Shown piece after piece: positions 25,686 to 38,200 of a DNA stretch of 64,000 nucleotides. The notes beneath the pieces are model-generated. The model searched no databases and was not told where the DNA came from. It saw only the letters and a list, made by a program, of their open reading frames with translations. Origin of the DNA: Catajapyx aquilonaris (taxonomy: Eukaryota); assembly GCA_000934665.2 (NCBI GenBank), contig KZ538087.1, positions 62,001-126,000 of the forward strand, written 5' to 3'. Position 1 is the first letter of the stretch, and every line of letters begins with the position of its first letter. The position numbers and the translations under genes are program-made.

Positions 25686-28600
25686 CAGACGTTCATTTCT
25701 ACCTGCTTCTATCGCCTCAACATTGTGGCAGCAGAGCTGCATACATCGTTGAAAAGCCTATATATTCCTATACTTATTAATGCACATTATGTAGACTATG
25801 ATTCCAAGAGTCCGCGGAATATTTCATTTTGAAACACCGTAGTATACACTACTACTACTTTAAAAAAAATAGTTTGGCTAGCATTAAACATCCCAATTTA
25901 AACGGGAAAAAACAGTCCTTCTCGGAATACCCCCCACCTAATTTTAGCATTAGCTCACCGTCAATAGCCACGTTTGACAAACTTCGCTAATGGTTTCCAA
26001 ATGGTCCAGCCTGGATCGATCCCCCTGATGAACAAAGGTCCCCCGCAACTTTTTCTCAGCACTTACGAGACCAGAGATCAAACGAGGAAAAATTGGTGTC
26101 CACCCCATACGCATGTGGGAGTACCCCACGTCAAACCCAAACCATCTGATTTAGGCACCCCCTTGACAACCCCATATTCTGACCTCCCCTATGACTCCTT
26201 CCACCCCCCCCCCCCAAAAAAAAATCTGAGACACCGACCTTATCCCCCCTTAAAACCAGACCTAGTTCGGTGGGTGGGTGCTATAGTGAGCCGGCGCGGA
26301 AGGTGCCTGAAATGTTGAGGCGCGTGCGATGGGGCCTCCAGTCTGCTGGCACAACTCCCCTATACGCCCAGCCGAAAAGCTTCAGTCTGGGCCGAGCCGG
26401 CTTCCTACACACACCCATTCCTCCGCCATGTGTCAACGGACTTGGCTTGTACACACGAGTGGTCATCAGTGCATTCGCTTCTATAGAGAGGGATCCACCC
26501 GGCAGGTAAGGACTTACTTTTTCCTTCATATATTACACCAGATAAAACGCATTCAACCGATTGGCTCAATTATAATGAATCTGTAAGCGGGGACCCTTTT
26601 CTCCCTTGCGGATTCCTTCGCTTTTGCTAATAAATCCTTCCCACGTGTGCTCTTCTGGGTTTCCCCTCATCCTCCTCTTCAAAAGGCCGTCGGCCTTGAT
26701 CCTCGCAAGTATTTCTCTTTTCCTGCTCCACATATATAATACGGAAACTAAAATCGATGCGTGGAGAAGAGACAAGGGCGGCAGATTACCTTTTCGTCAG
26801 AAGCGGAGACTGTTTAACCGCGAAAAAAAGGGAGCTCATCAAAAGAAAAAGGGGGGGGGGGATGGGAAAATTTGGATTGGGCCTGCTTTTTTCCCCCTTG
26901 TTTTCTTTTCCTCTTTATCATCCAGGAAGATTGCACTTTATTCCATGGGAAATCGGAAAGATTCCGATGGATCGCTGGTCTTGTGTGTGATTATAATTGC
27001 CTATCTAGTAGGTTCGGTTTACAAAGGGGATTAAGGTCTAGTATGCACGCAAATTAAGGTAATATCTGGGATGATGAATAGGAATTCACAATGCATTTGG
27101 GTTCATACAACCACGTTGAACATAAATGATAAAGGCTGGATTCTCAAGGCATGACGTGGAATAATTTTTTATCAAAAGTAAACAACACTGAAACATGTCT
27201 GTAATGCCCATTATTCTCAGCACAGTGCAAAACAACTTTCGAGGATGCATAAGACCTGATGAGCATGTACGGAAGTTACTTAAGCCCTTTCATCGCATGT
27301 ATATAAAAAATATAGTGCAATATTTCCCACCTAGCTGACTACCAGGTAAAGTTAGCAGCGGCAAGTTTGCAAATGTGGCTTAATACCTCTAAGCTTTTCC
27401 GAACTTGTCGCCTGCTCTTGAGGGTTGGCTGACTTTCTTCCCTGATCCGCCAGCAGAAATTCAATAGTTGGTGTTCCCCGGCTTACACCTGGATTTTCCA
27501 TAACCCCGGATCAGTCAGCCCGAACTAATACGGACGGTGGTTAAGGCGGCTCTATAAGCGCTGCTCAGGGCACATGAATTATATCTCTCAGCAGCAGCGG
27601 TTACGTACCCTGCTGGCCCATTAAAACGGCTTGGCCCTCCTCGAGCGTTTCCGAATAGACGAAGAAAAAAAAAAAGTCTATCAAGCCCAGGGAGAAGTCA
27701 AGGGAAAAGCGCCGCGAAAAGAGTCTAACAAGATTCTTCTCTAAGAAATATAGCCTCGTGCTACAGTGCAGTGAAAACCGGGAGGAAAACTGTCTTGCCT
27801 AATGTGACTCAAAGTCCAGGGAGGAATTCCATCATGAATAAGTGAGCGTGGATAACCATGGGCTACTTGTACAATGAATCTTTAACCACTGGCTGGGAAT
27901 TTGCTAAAGTCAGACCCTGGGCCACAGCCCAGGCTGCGATTTTCCGAGTTTTGGAAGGTTGTTGGGGCGGGGGGGAGGGAAAGGTAATTACCGCGCGACG
28001 CTTCCATTTCCCGCCCAACTCCGAACAAAAGATTCCCGCCAAATGAAGACAAGTCTAGGAAACTTTGTTACCAAGTTACATTTCGATACATAGTTTTGGT
28101 CCCGTTAAATTTTTTTTTCCCGATCCAATTTTGGGTTGGGCACATCAGACATGATACTAATCTGCGCAAAGTGAAGTAAGCTTCGGTGTTGAGCCTGGAA
28201 GCGAAAAGGCATGGGGGCATTCCCCTCCCAATAAGAGTGGATCGGGACGCATCGAAGGAATAAAAGCAGAGGATATTAAGTCGCAAGTCGACTTTATTTG
28301 CCCCAGTAGGCTAATGGAGTATTGTCCCAAACGAGACCAGACTGCGGATCAAACTGCGGCTGGAACTGCGCCTTGCAGTAAACAGCACAAGGAAGGAGCG
28401 AATAAAAGTTGGCTAGCCGTCTGTTAGAGCTCGTGAAAAGGCAATCCTAGTGGCTTCCATGAATATTCCAGGCAGACACACTAGTACCTGCAGTATAAGG
28501 TTATTCCAAGCTCGCCTCCATGCAGGACATACAAAATGAATTAAGACCCTTGGCATGCAAATTGCAAAGAAACAACTGTTTGATCGGGCGTGCGTTCCAT

Positions 28601-31600
28601 CTCCCCCCCCCCCCCCCCCCCCCCCCCCCCCNCTCGCCGCCCATTTTCAAAATTCGCCTCAGCTCTGCCTGATTAAGTTGGCGGACCCAAGAAAGACACA
28701 AGACTCTGGTTGCAACTTTCAACCGAGTGGAAAGCAGCCAATCAAGGCTAATCCATTAATCCGAATTTACGAGATTTTCTACTCTCCCTACCCCCACCAT
28801 CAAGTACTTCCCTGCAACTTGTGTGCATGTTTAATCAAGTTTATTAGAGAAGTAGCGTCGAGTAAGTTAGTCGATTATTTTCCTACTATGACGCAATATG
28901 GGTTTTAAGTGAATTTAAATTTTTGATTTTGACAGGATATAATCTGGCTTTATTATTGCATGATATATACAGTATAAAATTGATTTTGTATAATTAGTTG
29001 CTGCTACAAAGTGTACGTCAAAATACTCTATACCATATGCACTGAAATAGATTAAATCAAATAAGCTCCAGGCGTAGCATTGTACCTGAAGTCTATATAC
29101 ATATTAGCCTATACGCTTCGTTTGTACCTGAACATTTACAGTAGCTGGTTAATTATTTTGGAAGCCTGCCAAGAAAATTAATATGCACTAATTACATGTT
29201 AACTTGTCCAAATATTTTGCTTTTAGCTCATATTTCGGATGGGTTGAAGAATATGCTTTACGATGAAGGAATACTGTTATGTACTAATTATGTAGCAAGC
29301 TTACTAAACTGGTCTATGTACACTGCAACAACATTCGAGTATCAAATATTTACAAAGCTGTCGTAGTTGAATTTACATCAGCGGTTTTCGGCCATTAACT
29401 TTTAGCGGGAAATGTTTTGCTTGGTTATTTACACTTTTCTTGGGTTTCGTTGTGCTCATATAAAATTCTGTCAGATCCTGTTAACTCAATAGAACAGTGT
29501 GACATAAAAACGAATAAATGATTGTAATTACTTGCTGTAAGTTTCGGAATTGCTTTGCCGACGAAAGGGCGTTTGGTAATTCTCATTTGCTAATTCGTGG
29601 ATTATTTTGTACAGTAAAACCTATTTACAGAAGAGTCGTACATTGTGCTACAAAATGTTGTATTTTGAACAGGTTTCCGCTATACTGGTATTCTACAAAA
29701 CTATCCCGAAAATTCGCCATCTAAATAATGCAAAATTATTTTATTGGGCTGCCGGAATACTACGTCTTCTACAAACAGGTTTTATCGTGCCGCATATCAA
29801 GTGAAAGTACAGGGATAGGCAATGTCCATCAAGAATGCTGATAACGCACTTTTCGCTCGAATGTGACCATGTTGTTCCGGTACTTTTTGTTGCCTTCCGT
29901 CCTGTCATAATCACTGTCTTCTCTCACAGGTTTGATGAACACTCAAATTCTGCATAGTACTAACAAAGTGATTACCTATTGAGCGAAAAATTGTGTTTCT
30001 GTTCCATGTGAGATGTGACCGCTTCAAAAATGATGCATGGGACACTCGGAAAGTACTTTCCTATATTTCATATTAGCCAAACAATTACTAACCTTCCTGT
30101 GAATACTAATAGACCGCATTAATCAACATTATTACCGGTAAGCGTAAGAGCCATAGGTGCAAATCATTATGTCATGAACGACATGCCGACGAATTCATTA
30201 TGGGAAGACTGTGACATTATCTCAGATAAATCTGAGGTGAAATATTGTTTGGACACTATTTTCAGCCAGATATCTAAACAGGAGATAAGTGTGTCCAAAC
30301 AACCGCAGCAGTCAGGCTGAGTATATCATGGCTTCTGAACAGGCGGCTGAATGGGAGGGTGTCTCATACTCCTAGTCTCTATGCGGCTGCACTATCTTAT
30401 TAGAAAAGCTGGTGAAAACAGCCGGGAAGCCTCCTCCACCCAACTTGGGAAATTAATGACACTTGTTGAAACATAGTTTACTGCGCTGTTGGTTAGGATC
30501 GTTAGACTAGTGGCACTCGGGCCGCGACTTTGGTCTTTTCCCACCACAGACAACTTCAAAGAAAATTTTCTGTTGAAAGTAGGTGCCGCAAGTGGCTGTA
30601 AGAATCTCTTCCTTCCTGGCGCGCCTAGTTAATGCCCCAACTTTGCTTTGCAAGCCTTAAACTAGGTTTGGTTCTCATTACAGACCGTTTGTAGGGAAAA
30701 CCGAGGGTGATGAAAAATCCGTAAGTGGAAAATGTCAGATTATGGAAACTGCCGTGCGGGCCTAAGTGAAATGATTAGTGGCGTTGGAAAAGCAACAATA
30801 CCTGATGTAAAAAAAAAAATCTGTAATGCTGTATTTTGGAGCGGTAGTTTGTGCATAGCGGTCTGCGAAAATTAATGGATATTCTGCCGGAGGTCGTAGC
30901 AGTGTACAAATTTTAAGGTTTTAGGCCTTCAACTCTTAGACTTGTAAATTACAAGGAAGTTTGGAGCGCATAAATCTGGGAACTAGGGGTCCCTTAGCTC
31001 GCCACTAAAAGGGATTAACATACCTTGGGGCACACGTCGTAAATTGTGCACTTACGTAAGGGGCCACGCCACTGAAACTATTTGTTAATTAAATCGGATT
31101 AATTGGCGGATGCACTTGAAAAATGCAAAAGATTTGGCGACCAAGTTTTAATTCCTCAAGAGGCTTTCCGGCATCCTTATAGAGCAACGTGCCTAACAAG
31201 GTGCCAAGTGTTGCAGGTCAATTTCATCGCTTGTTGGTGACCTGGCATTACCATAATTAGTCCAGCCCGCATTGTCTTCGCCCGTATTGGCCCCGTCCAT
31301 TGCTAGTAGCATAATCCAGAGCTTCCAAGAGTCATTAGGAGCAGCGCCTCCCAAGGCAGTCCTTTGAATCCTCCATGGAGGGAGGTCTAGTACTGTAGTA
31401 GTAGTGAGAGGCCAGCAATCGGAATGAAACCCTGCTGCTGCTGGCCTGCTCTTCGCTCTCTATTGCACTGCAAACAAAGGGCGAAGGATGATCCTCTTGG
31501 AAACAAAGCAGTTAAAGCCCCTCCCTTTTTGTGCCAGTATCCAGCCACAAAGTGCTTTAGAGAGGGGCTAGGAATTCGTGCCATGTCATAAGGTTCGTCG

Positions 31601-34600
31601 TCAACTTTGTGGCGTGCCTTGTAACACTTTATTTGCGACGCAAAATTATTCGCATTCTCTGCTTTATACTTGATGCAACGTTGACGCTGCTTTGCTAATT
31701 TCAGTGTAAAATTCCGGGTCGGCGTACCAGCCGCATATGCTTAATTCATGTGCAAGCGCGTATCACGGATCGATTCTCGGTCAACTATATTCATAATTAA
31801 ATGAAAAACCGGCTTTATCATTTAATAACAAAATTTACTGCACGCCACTCATGGCCGCACGATAGCTGCCAGGCCGCCTGCAAGTGCTTCAGGTTTACTG
31901 TTGTTGAACATAACCTTGACATTTGGGGGATGTAAATATCCGTGCAGTTAATGTGTAGGAGGGTGATTAAGTGTCCCATGACTCTTAATAAGGCGAGCGC
32001 CACGTGCTGCTCCGAATCTACGGACCATTAGGCGTGAAATTCTAAGGGAGACCCCCCCCCCTCCCCCCTATTCCTCTCACGGATACCATAAATTGGACCC
32101 AAAAAGCCACGTGCGCTTTCTAATCCATCCAAGGAGTCACTTATGGAAAAGCAGGAACGACAGTGCGTGTGATTCCGGAACTAGTCTATATTTTTTTGTG
32201 TCAATAGAAAAAAAAATGGCCGATATGGTAATCCAACCGTCAGTTTCTTTTTCCCCAGCAAATATTCAGGACATTGTCGTGCAACGGGTGTAAATCTTTT
32301 TTTCCCCTCCACCCATGTCGGTCCTTTATAGTTGTGGTCCATAACCGAGCACGAATCAACGCTTTATAACTCGCCCAGTGATGGTGTCATTCCCGGGGCA
32401 TGAGTTAACAAATATTCCATTAAAGGGCTCGCCTCATATAGACCGACGAGTAGTTCAAATTTGCCATTGGGCGGCTGGAAATGTCATCTCTGAAATCCCG
32501 CCTGTCGTTTCTCCAAGTCATTTACCTTCTTCAACGACTTATATATTTTTTGTCAAGAGGGGGGTACCTCCAGACCTGGCTCAATGTCATAAGTTCTTAA
32601 TTCGACAAGGCGCCCAATATTATAGATCCTGACTTTTTGAAAGCCCCAGTTTTCAAAAGTGTGCAGAATAGCAATAGGATAGGACTTAAAAAAGTGTTGA
32701 ATCGATCGAGGTGACACGAATGACGCGTGCCGGCCTGTGTCGCGTGTGACACATAAAACGGATGGTGATGGAATGTTTGACCCCGGTGAGAATTTGAGAC
32801 AGCTCGACTTGGATCTTTCCAAGTATGGTGGTTGAAGAAAGGGGAGAAATCAATAAGGATCGAAGGAATGGAAACGGTTGGGAGGAAGGGGGGGGGGGAC
32901 AGTGGGTGAGGTGGGGAGGGGATTGGGAATGATTAGATCGTATATCACGTGACTATGCATCAAGATTAAAGCATTGTCCGCCGCGGTTACGTGACACGTC
33001 CAATCCAGATAAGGAGACAACTAGGGGGGGGGGATAGCGTCCCCATGTCCCTCACCGACCCCTCTTTTTCATTTTATTACGCTCCTGTACACGTGCACAT
33101 AAAGGAGAGCAAAATGGAAACAAGTACCGAGCTGTAAACGGGTGTACGGGCTGGCAAATATTGAAATGAAGGTCGTGGGTTGACATGCGACACTAGGCTT
33201 ATCTGGGCATATAAAGGCATGAAAAGCCGTCAGATGCCACGTATTTCTGGGTAGTCAGAAGCATTAATTCCTACACACGGTGGAGGGTAAAAATGAGGTG
33301 TCCCATTTGTCCTTGTTAGGCGTCACGTAACACATGTAATGCCCTGGAAAAGGCGCCTTCGGGCCATTAAAATGCAGCTGATCAGTTTCCCAAACGCCCA
33401 GTCTGCCCAGGCCCCCAGTTCGAACACTCATTTTGTTCATTGGCCAATTTTGGAAGAAATGGACTGTTAATGGGTTCGTGACAAAACTTGGAAAACGAGC
33501 TGATCCGACCAGGGTCCAGCAGAAAAAGTTGCGGATGCAGCATGAATGAGCAGTATACGCAGTTATTGTTGACACCCACCGGCAGTATAGTAGTCAGCAA
33601 GGGGAAGTCCCTCCTGGCCTCTAATTCCAATCCTCTGGCTGCAGTCCGGGACCAGAGTGAGCAGAGAATGGCACTGAGGTCTCTAGTGGGCTGGCGTAAG
33701 ATGGACGTGAGGATTGTACCGAATGACGAAAAAGGAAAGAGAGAGACAGAAAACGGAGGTCATCTGGCGACTGACATAACCAGGTTACCTAGTGAGGGTG
33801 AACGGATTTATCAAAGTGGTTTACTGCCATTTACGGGCCTCGATGAAGGAGAGGACTCGAATTCTGAAGAGGTTGCAAAGACGTGACAAAGTGCTCGAAC
33901 TGAACGTGAGCCCGTCAGTATCGGATCTATTTATAAGCCTAATTAATTAATTTTTTTCGCTTAACTCTAGTCACGTGTTAATCTCGGCCCCCAGGAATTT
34001 ATGGCTCAAGTCATCCCTCCGTGTTGCTATTAGAAAGCGGGCGGCAGTAACAATTTATCACGGCGCGGTTCTGAGCAAAGGCTCATCCGTCTCAGGATAA
34101 TAACCTCTAAATTATACATCACGGCAATGAATAGGGTAGCAATGCGAAAAGCGATCTTTCCCAGGCTATGAGGCTCAGAAAAGAAGAAGCTGACGACCCG
34201 GACAAAAGGGGACAGTCCAGCTTGGCTGTATGGCGACCTGCTGATGGGGCCCAGGTTTGAATTAATGTCGGATCTCTCTTTGGTGGAAAAGGGGGAGGGG
34301 GGGGGGGAAGTAATGCCACGAAAAGCAGCATGCTTGTGCCGTAATGCACGGCTCTCTTGGGAGTCGCTTCGTTGTGTGTTTGCAGAGTAGGGTATTAGAG
34401 AGAAGGAGCCCCGTTATGAAGCCACAACGGGGACCAACTTACCTCTTACGTGACGTGATCCAATAGGGGGACGGCAAAGAGAAGAGGGGACATATACACA
34501 CACGCAGCGAGTGTTTCACGCTAGGAATGTCGCCACATGTGCAAACTTTGTGCAAACTATGCGTGCCGGTTTTATGGACTGGGGTCGTAGAATTCATTTA

Positions 34601-35211
34601 TTATGCTCGTTCTACTAAACCATGTGCTAAGCGACTCTTCAGTCCTGCTCACTCAACACTCGCGTTGACTAATGATCGCTCGCGCATTCTCACCATTCTA
34701 TTTGTGGGACAGGAGGAAGCGTCTGCGAAAATATCTCGACTCATATGTTATAGCACCCGAACTGTATAAATAAATTCGGGCTAGGAAGGTGTTATTCCAG
34801 GAGTCGGCCATTGTAGTCTTTTAGCGCGACACTAGTCATTTGCAGGTGATGAACGACACAAACTCCCTCTTTTTTTAGTCGTCGTCAGCTTTTGCAAAAA
34901 ATATCTAATTTTTTTGCACATAGCACACGGACCATTTGGCCGTCGCCAATTATTGATCTCAGCCTCTGGGAAACACAGTGCACACAATCATTAAATTCTT
35001 AACATGGCTGGATGATGGCTGCTGCAAATTATTTCACTGCGGGATATCAAGTTGTACTTGTCCGCAAAATGGACGTCGACACGGGAAACTCGCAGCGGAT
35101 ATATGATTGCGGTGCCAATTAGGCGAAAAGCAAGAAAGCGTGTCGTGAGGATAGGGCGGGAGCACAGATCAGGTAGGCAGCAGGCAGGTACGTTACACGT
35201 GTGTTAAGCCC

Positions 35212-35228
35212 NNNNNNNNNNNNNNNNN
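35212..35228. other. Assembly gap (N run) inside a poly-C tract
   Basis: An N run flanked by C runs. Single or short Ns also sit in G/C tracts near 15089, 24294, 28632, 42341 and 43373. Confidence 0.95.
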
Positions 35229-38200
35229 CCCCCCCCCCCCGCCCCCCCATACCTGACAATGCTGCGGGTTCCGTGAATGGAGTGGGAGCTGACGTGAGGG
35301 AGGTTTTCCCTTTAGGAAAAGGCTCGTGTAATTGGAACGTCGTTTCGTTTTGTGAGCCTTGACAGATGCGTGACCCATGCGGAGGAATCGACGAGGCTTG
35401 TTTACGGTTCCGACTCCCCAAATCCAAATCATAACTGTCATGGTACTGGTAAAAACTCATTTTTATATATACCTTCCTCTTTTATACTGTGTTTGTTCAT
35501 TCATAAGATTCTAAATAAACATAGAGGGGGTCAGGTGCGTTCACACTGTAATTATAACGTGTCCATGGCTGTGTCCAGTAGCGGTCCCCAGTTTGGACAG
35601 GAATGTTTGGACTTGCTGATAAAAGGCTACATAAAGTAGCCTCTGGCTCCATACTTGGGCAATTGTGGTGGAATTTGAATGAATATTTCTAGAAAAATTG
35701 CGTCGCTTTGTCTTCTCTGGGTAGAATGAAAATTCTAAACAGGGACATTACGTGGTGAACAAAACGTTGACGACTGTTGGCACCGGACAGGGCACAAGTA
35801 ATTAATAATTTAATAGGCAGTTGCTCCGTGTACGTGCATTTTGCAGCTGCACTTGCCTCTCACAGTGTGCATGCTCGTTGATCCCCCCCCCCTCCGGAAT
35901 ATGCACTAGTTTTACATTACTCTCTGAAATTCCCATGCAACTATGACCAAGATTGATGCGATTATTCGTCCCTATGTTGATAGTGGAGCATCCGACTAGT
36001 GCATGTAAACAAGGCTTGAAATGTTGACACCCGGACTTTTCAGAAGAGCACCGTATAATTTCTATAATCATAAACAGTGACACGGGCTCGCAGGTATGGC
36101 AGGTCGGGCTCGTAAGATTTTTGTCCGATCTACTGTACAGTATAAAATATGGGGGGAGGATTGGAATAACGTAAATATTTGCCCGTCTGACTACTGGCCT
36201 GCAATGGCATGGGCTGCTAATGCGCCGTATTTATTTTATGTACTGGGATAATTAAGCCGCGATGCATGAAACATAGTCTATAGTCTCTATACTGTAACCG
36301 GTAGGGCTACTTTACGAGAATTTGTGTTTTAGGGCCTAATAGGCTGCGCGCATTGGACATGTCGAAAATAATTGTTTTTGGCTCAAATTGAGTACAATAG
36401 AGAGGAATTATTATACTTAACTAGTGTCACCAGTGCTGTATTTCTGTGAATAAACGAACACATAACTTGTGATACAGTAATTCCACCAAAGCGAACGTAT
36501 GACTCTGATAACATATCATAAGTCGGGAAAAATCAAACTAGAGCAAAATTAATCCACCTTGCTTCTCATGTGTAGTTCGTCGTTCCGGTAAAGGTCAGTT
36601 ATTCTAAACGTGTCTCAGGTTTACGGGTCACCAACATGTGATTTGTTCAATCGAATAAATACGCGCATAAGGTCCAGCTGAAACATACATAATCGCAGCT
36701 TTACGATCACATACAGTACAGTACATGCAGCAACAAGCAGGGTAGACAAATTCTTCGCAAAATCCTTTCACTTGGATCACTCGTCCTCTTTACCCCCAAC
36801 AAGGGAATATTTTACCTCGGATTTTTTGGTAGTACAGTATGCAGGACATCTGTCTCCATCGAGCGTAAAACTCTCGTTAGGTACACTTTTCCCACTGCAT
36901 TTTTACAGTGTTAAAACCGGCTGTGCAGATATTTTACAGTTCCACTACTTCTGACATGTTACTAGTTGATTGTTTAGTAACGGGTAATTTGGGTAGTGAG
37001 CTGCTTTCCTGAGGCCTGTCCAGAGCCCCTTTGTATCCGCAATAACCACTGGGCGGTATGACTTAACGTATATAGGACCGTCACATGCTCCTTGATTCCG
37101 TCACGCTACAGTATTATAAGCTTCTACCTTGGAGTAGTACAGTGATTAAGTGTTACAAAATGATCCCAGAAAACATTTAGGAAATGATTCCAGCACTGAT
37201 AATCTCGTTAGTGTACAGTATACAGTAAAGACTCGACAGAAGAGTGTTCCACATTTTAAAATTTAGGGCCATATAGTGAGAGCGTAAATCCAGGTGTATT
37301 AGCTGCCTATAGGTTGAGCAGGCCCCATTACTTTTACCTGGACTTTTGCGAGTCCAAGTGAACGACTTAAAAAGCGGAGAATTTTCCCTCTGTGGGAGCT
37401 ATCTTAACCCATTTTCAAACTAGACGACACCATTACTCTCTATTCCAAGAGAGAATCGGATGAAGGAAATTGCGGAGGAGATAGCATCCAATGTGCCTTC
37501 GGTTTCCTTAAGCTTCCATCGACGCCATTATCTCCCAATTTTTTGCAGGCTCTTCCAGATCAGGAAGAGCCGTCCCTCTCTTTTTACCTTTTTTTCTCTC
37601 TTCTTCTTCTCCTCTTTCTTCTCCCACTGATGGGAGGGCCCCCCCTTTTACTCCAGCAGCAGCTTGGAACTTCCAATGCGAAAAGCATAATCCCATTTGC
37701 TTATCTTGACAAGAAGGCCCGGCAGCACAGGGAGGGAAATTGAGGCCCAGTCTTCTGACGAAGGGTCTATGATGATAGTTAGGGATTTATCTTTGCGGGC
37801 GTCTATGCTTAGCGTTCTCTAGTGTTGGGGATATACCGGACGACGGGTTGGAATGAGAGAGAGACGAGCGAGTCGTGCAGCGTTTGCAGAAGCGACACAA
37901 ATTATCATTAAGCCTTATTACGCAGCGGAATGGAAACCAGGAAACTTACTCACCAACTCGCTCGGGCGACGTTTTCGTCTCCTGAGGATGGACTCGCAGA
38001 CTCTGATGCCGCTCATCAACTTTTCTGCGGGTGGAGAGGTAGGTAGCTTGCATGCGGCGAAGTGTCTCCGGCGATCGCTGTCATGGAAATCAGGCTCGTT
38101 TGCACCGAAGCCTGCTCTTGCCAAGGAACAATTTTCCTGCCGCTTCCCCAAGATTAGCAATTTTGCCAGGGCCAGCCTGGTGAATTTGAAGGTATACATA

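Noticed and set aside
33488..33886. 132-aa ORF, and similar 100-148 aa ORFs at 11505, 21096, 26606, 37853 and 48494
   Set aside because: No recognisable domain, mostly non-ATG starts, no supporting splice structure identified; lengths are within chance expectation for this much sequence.
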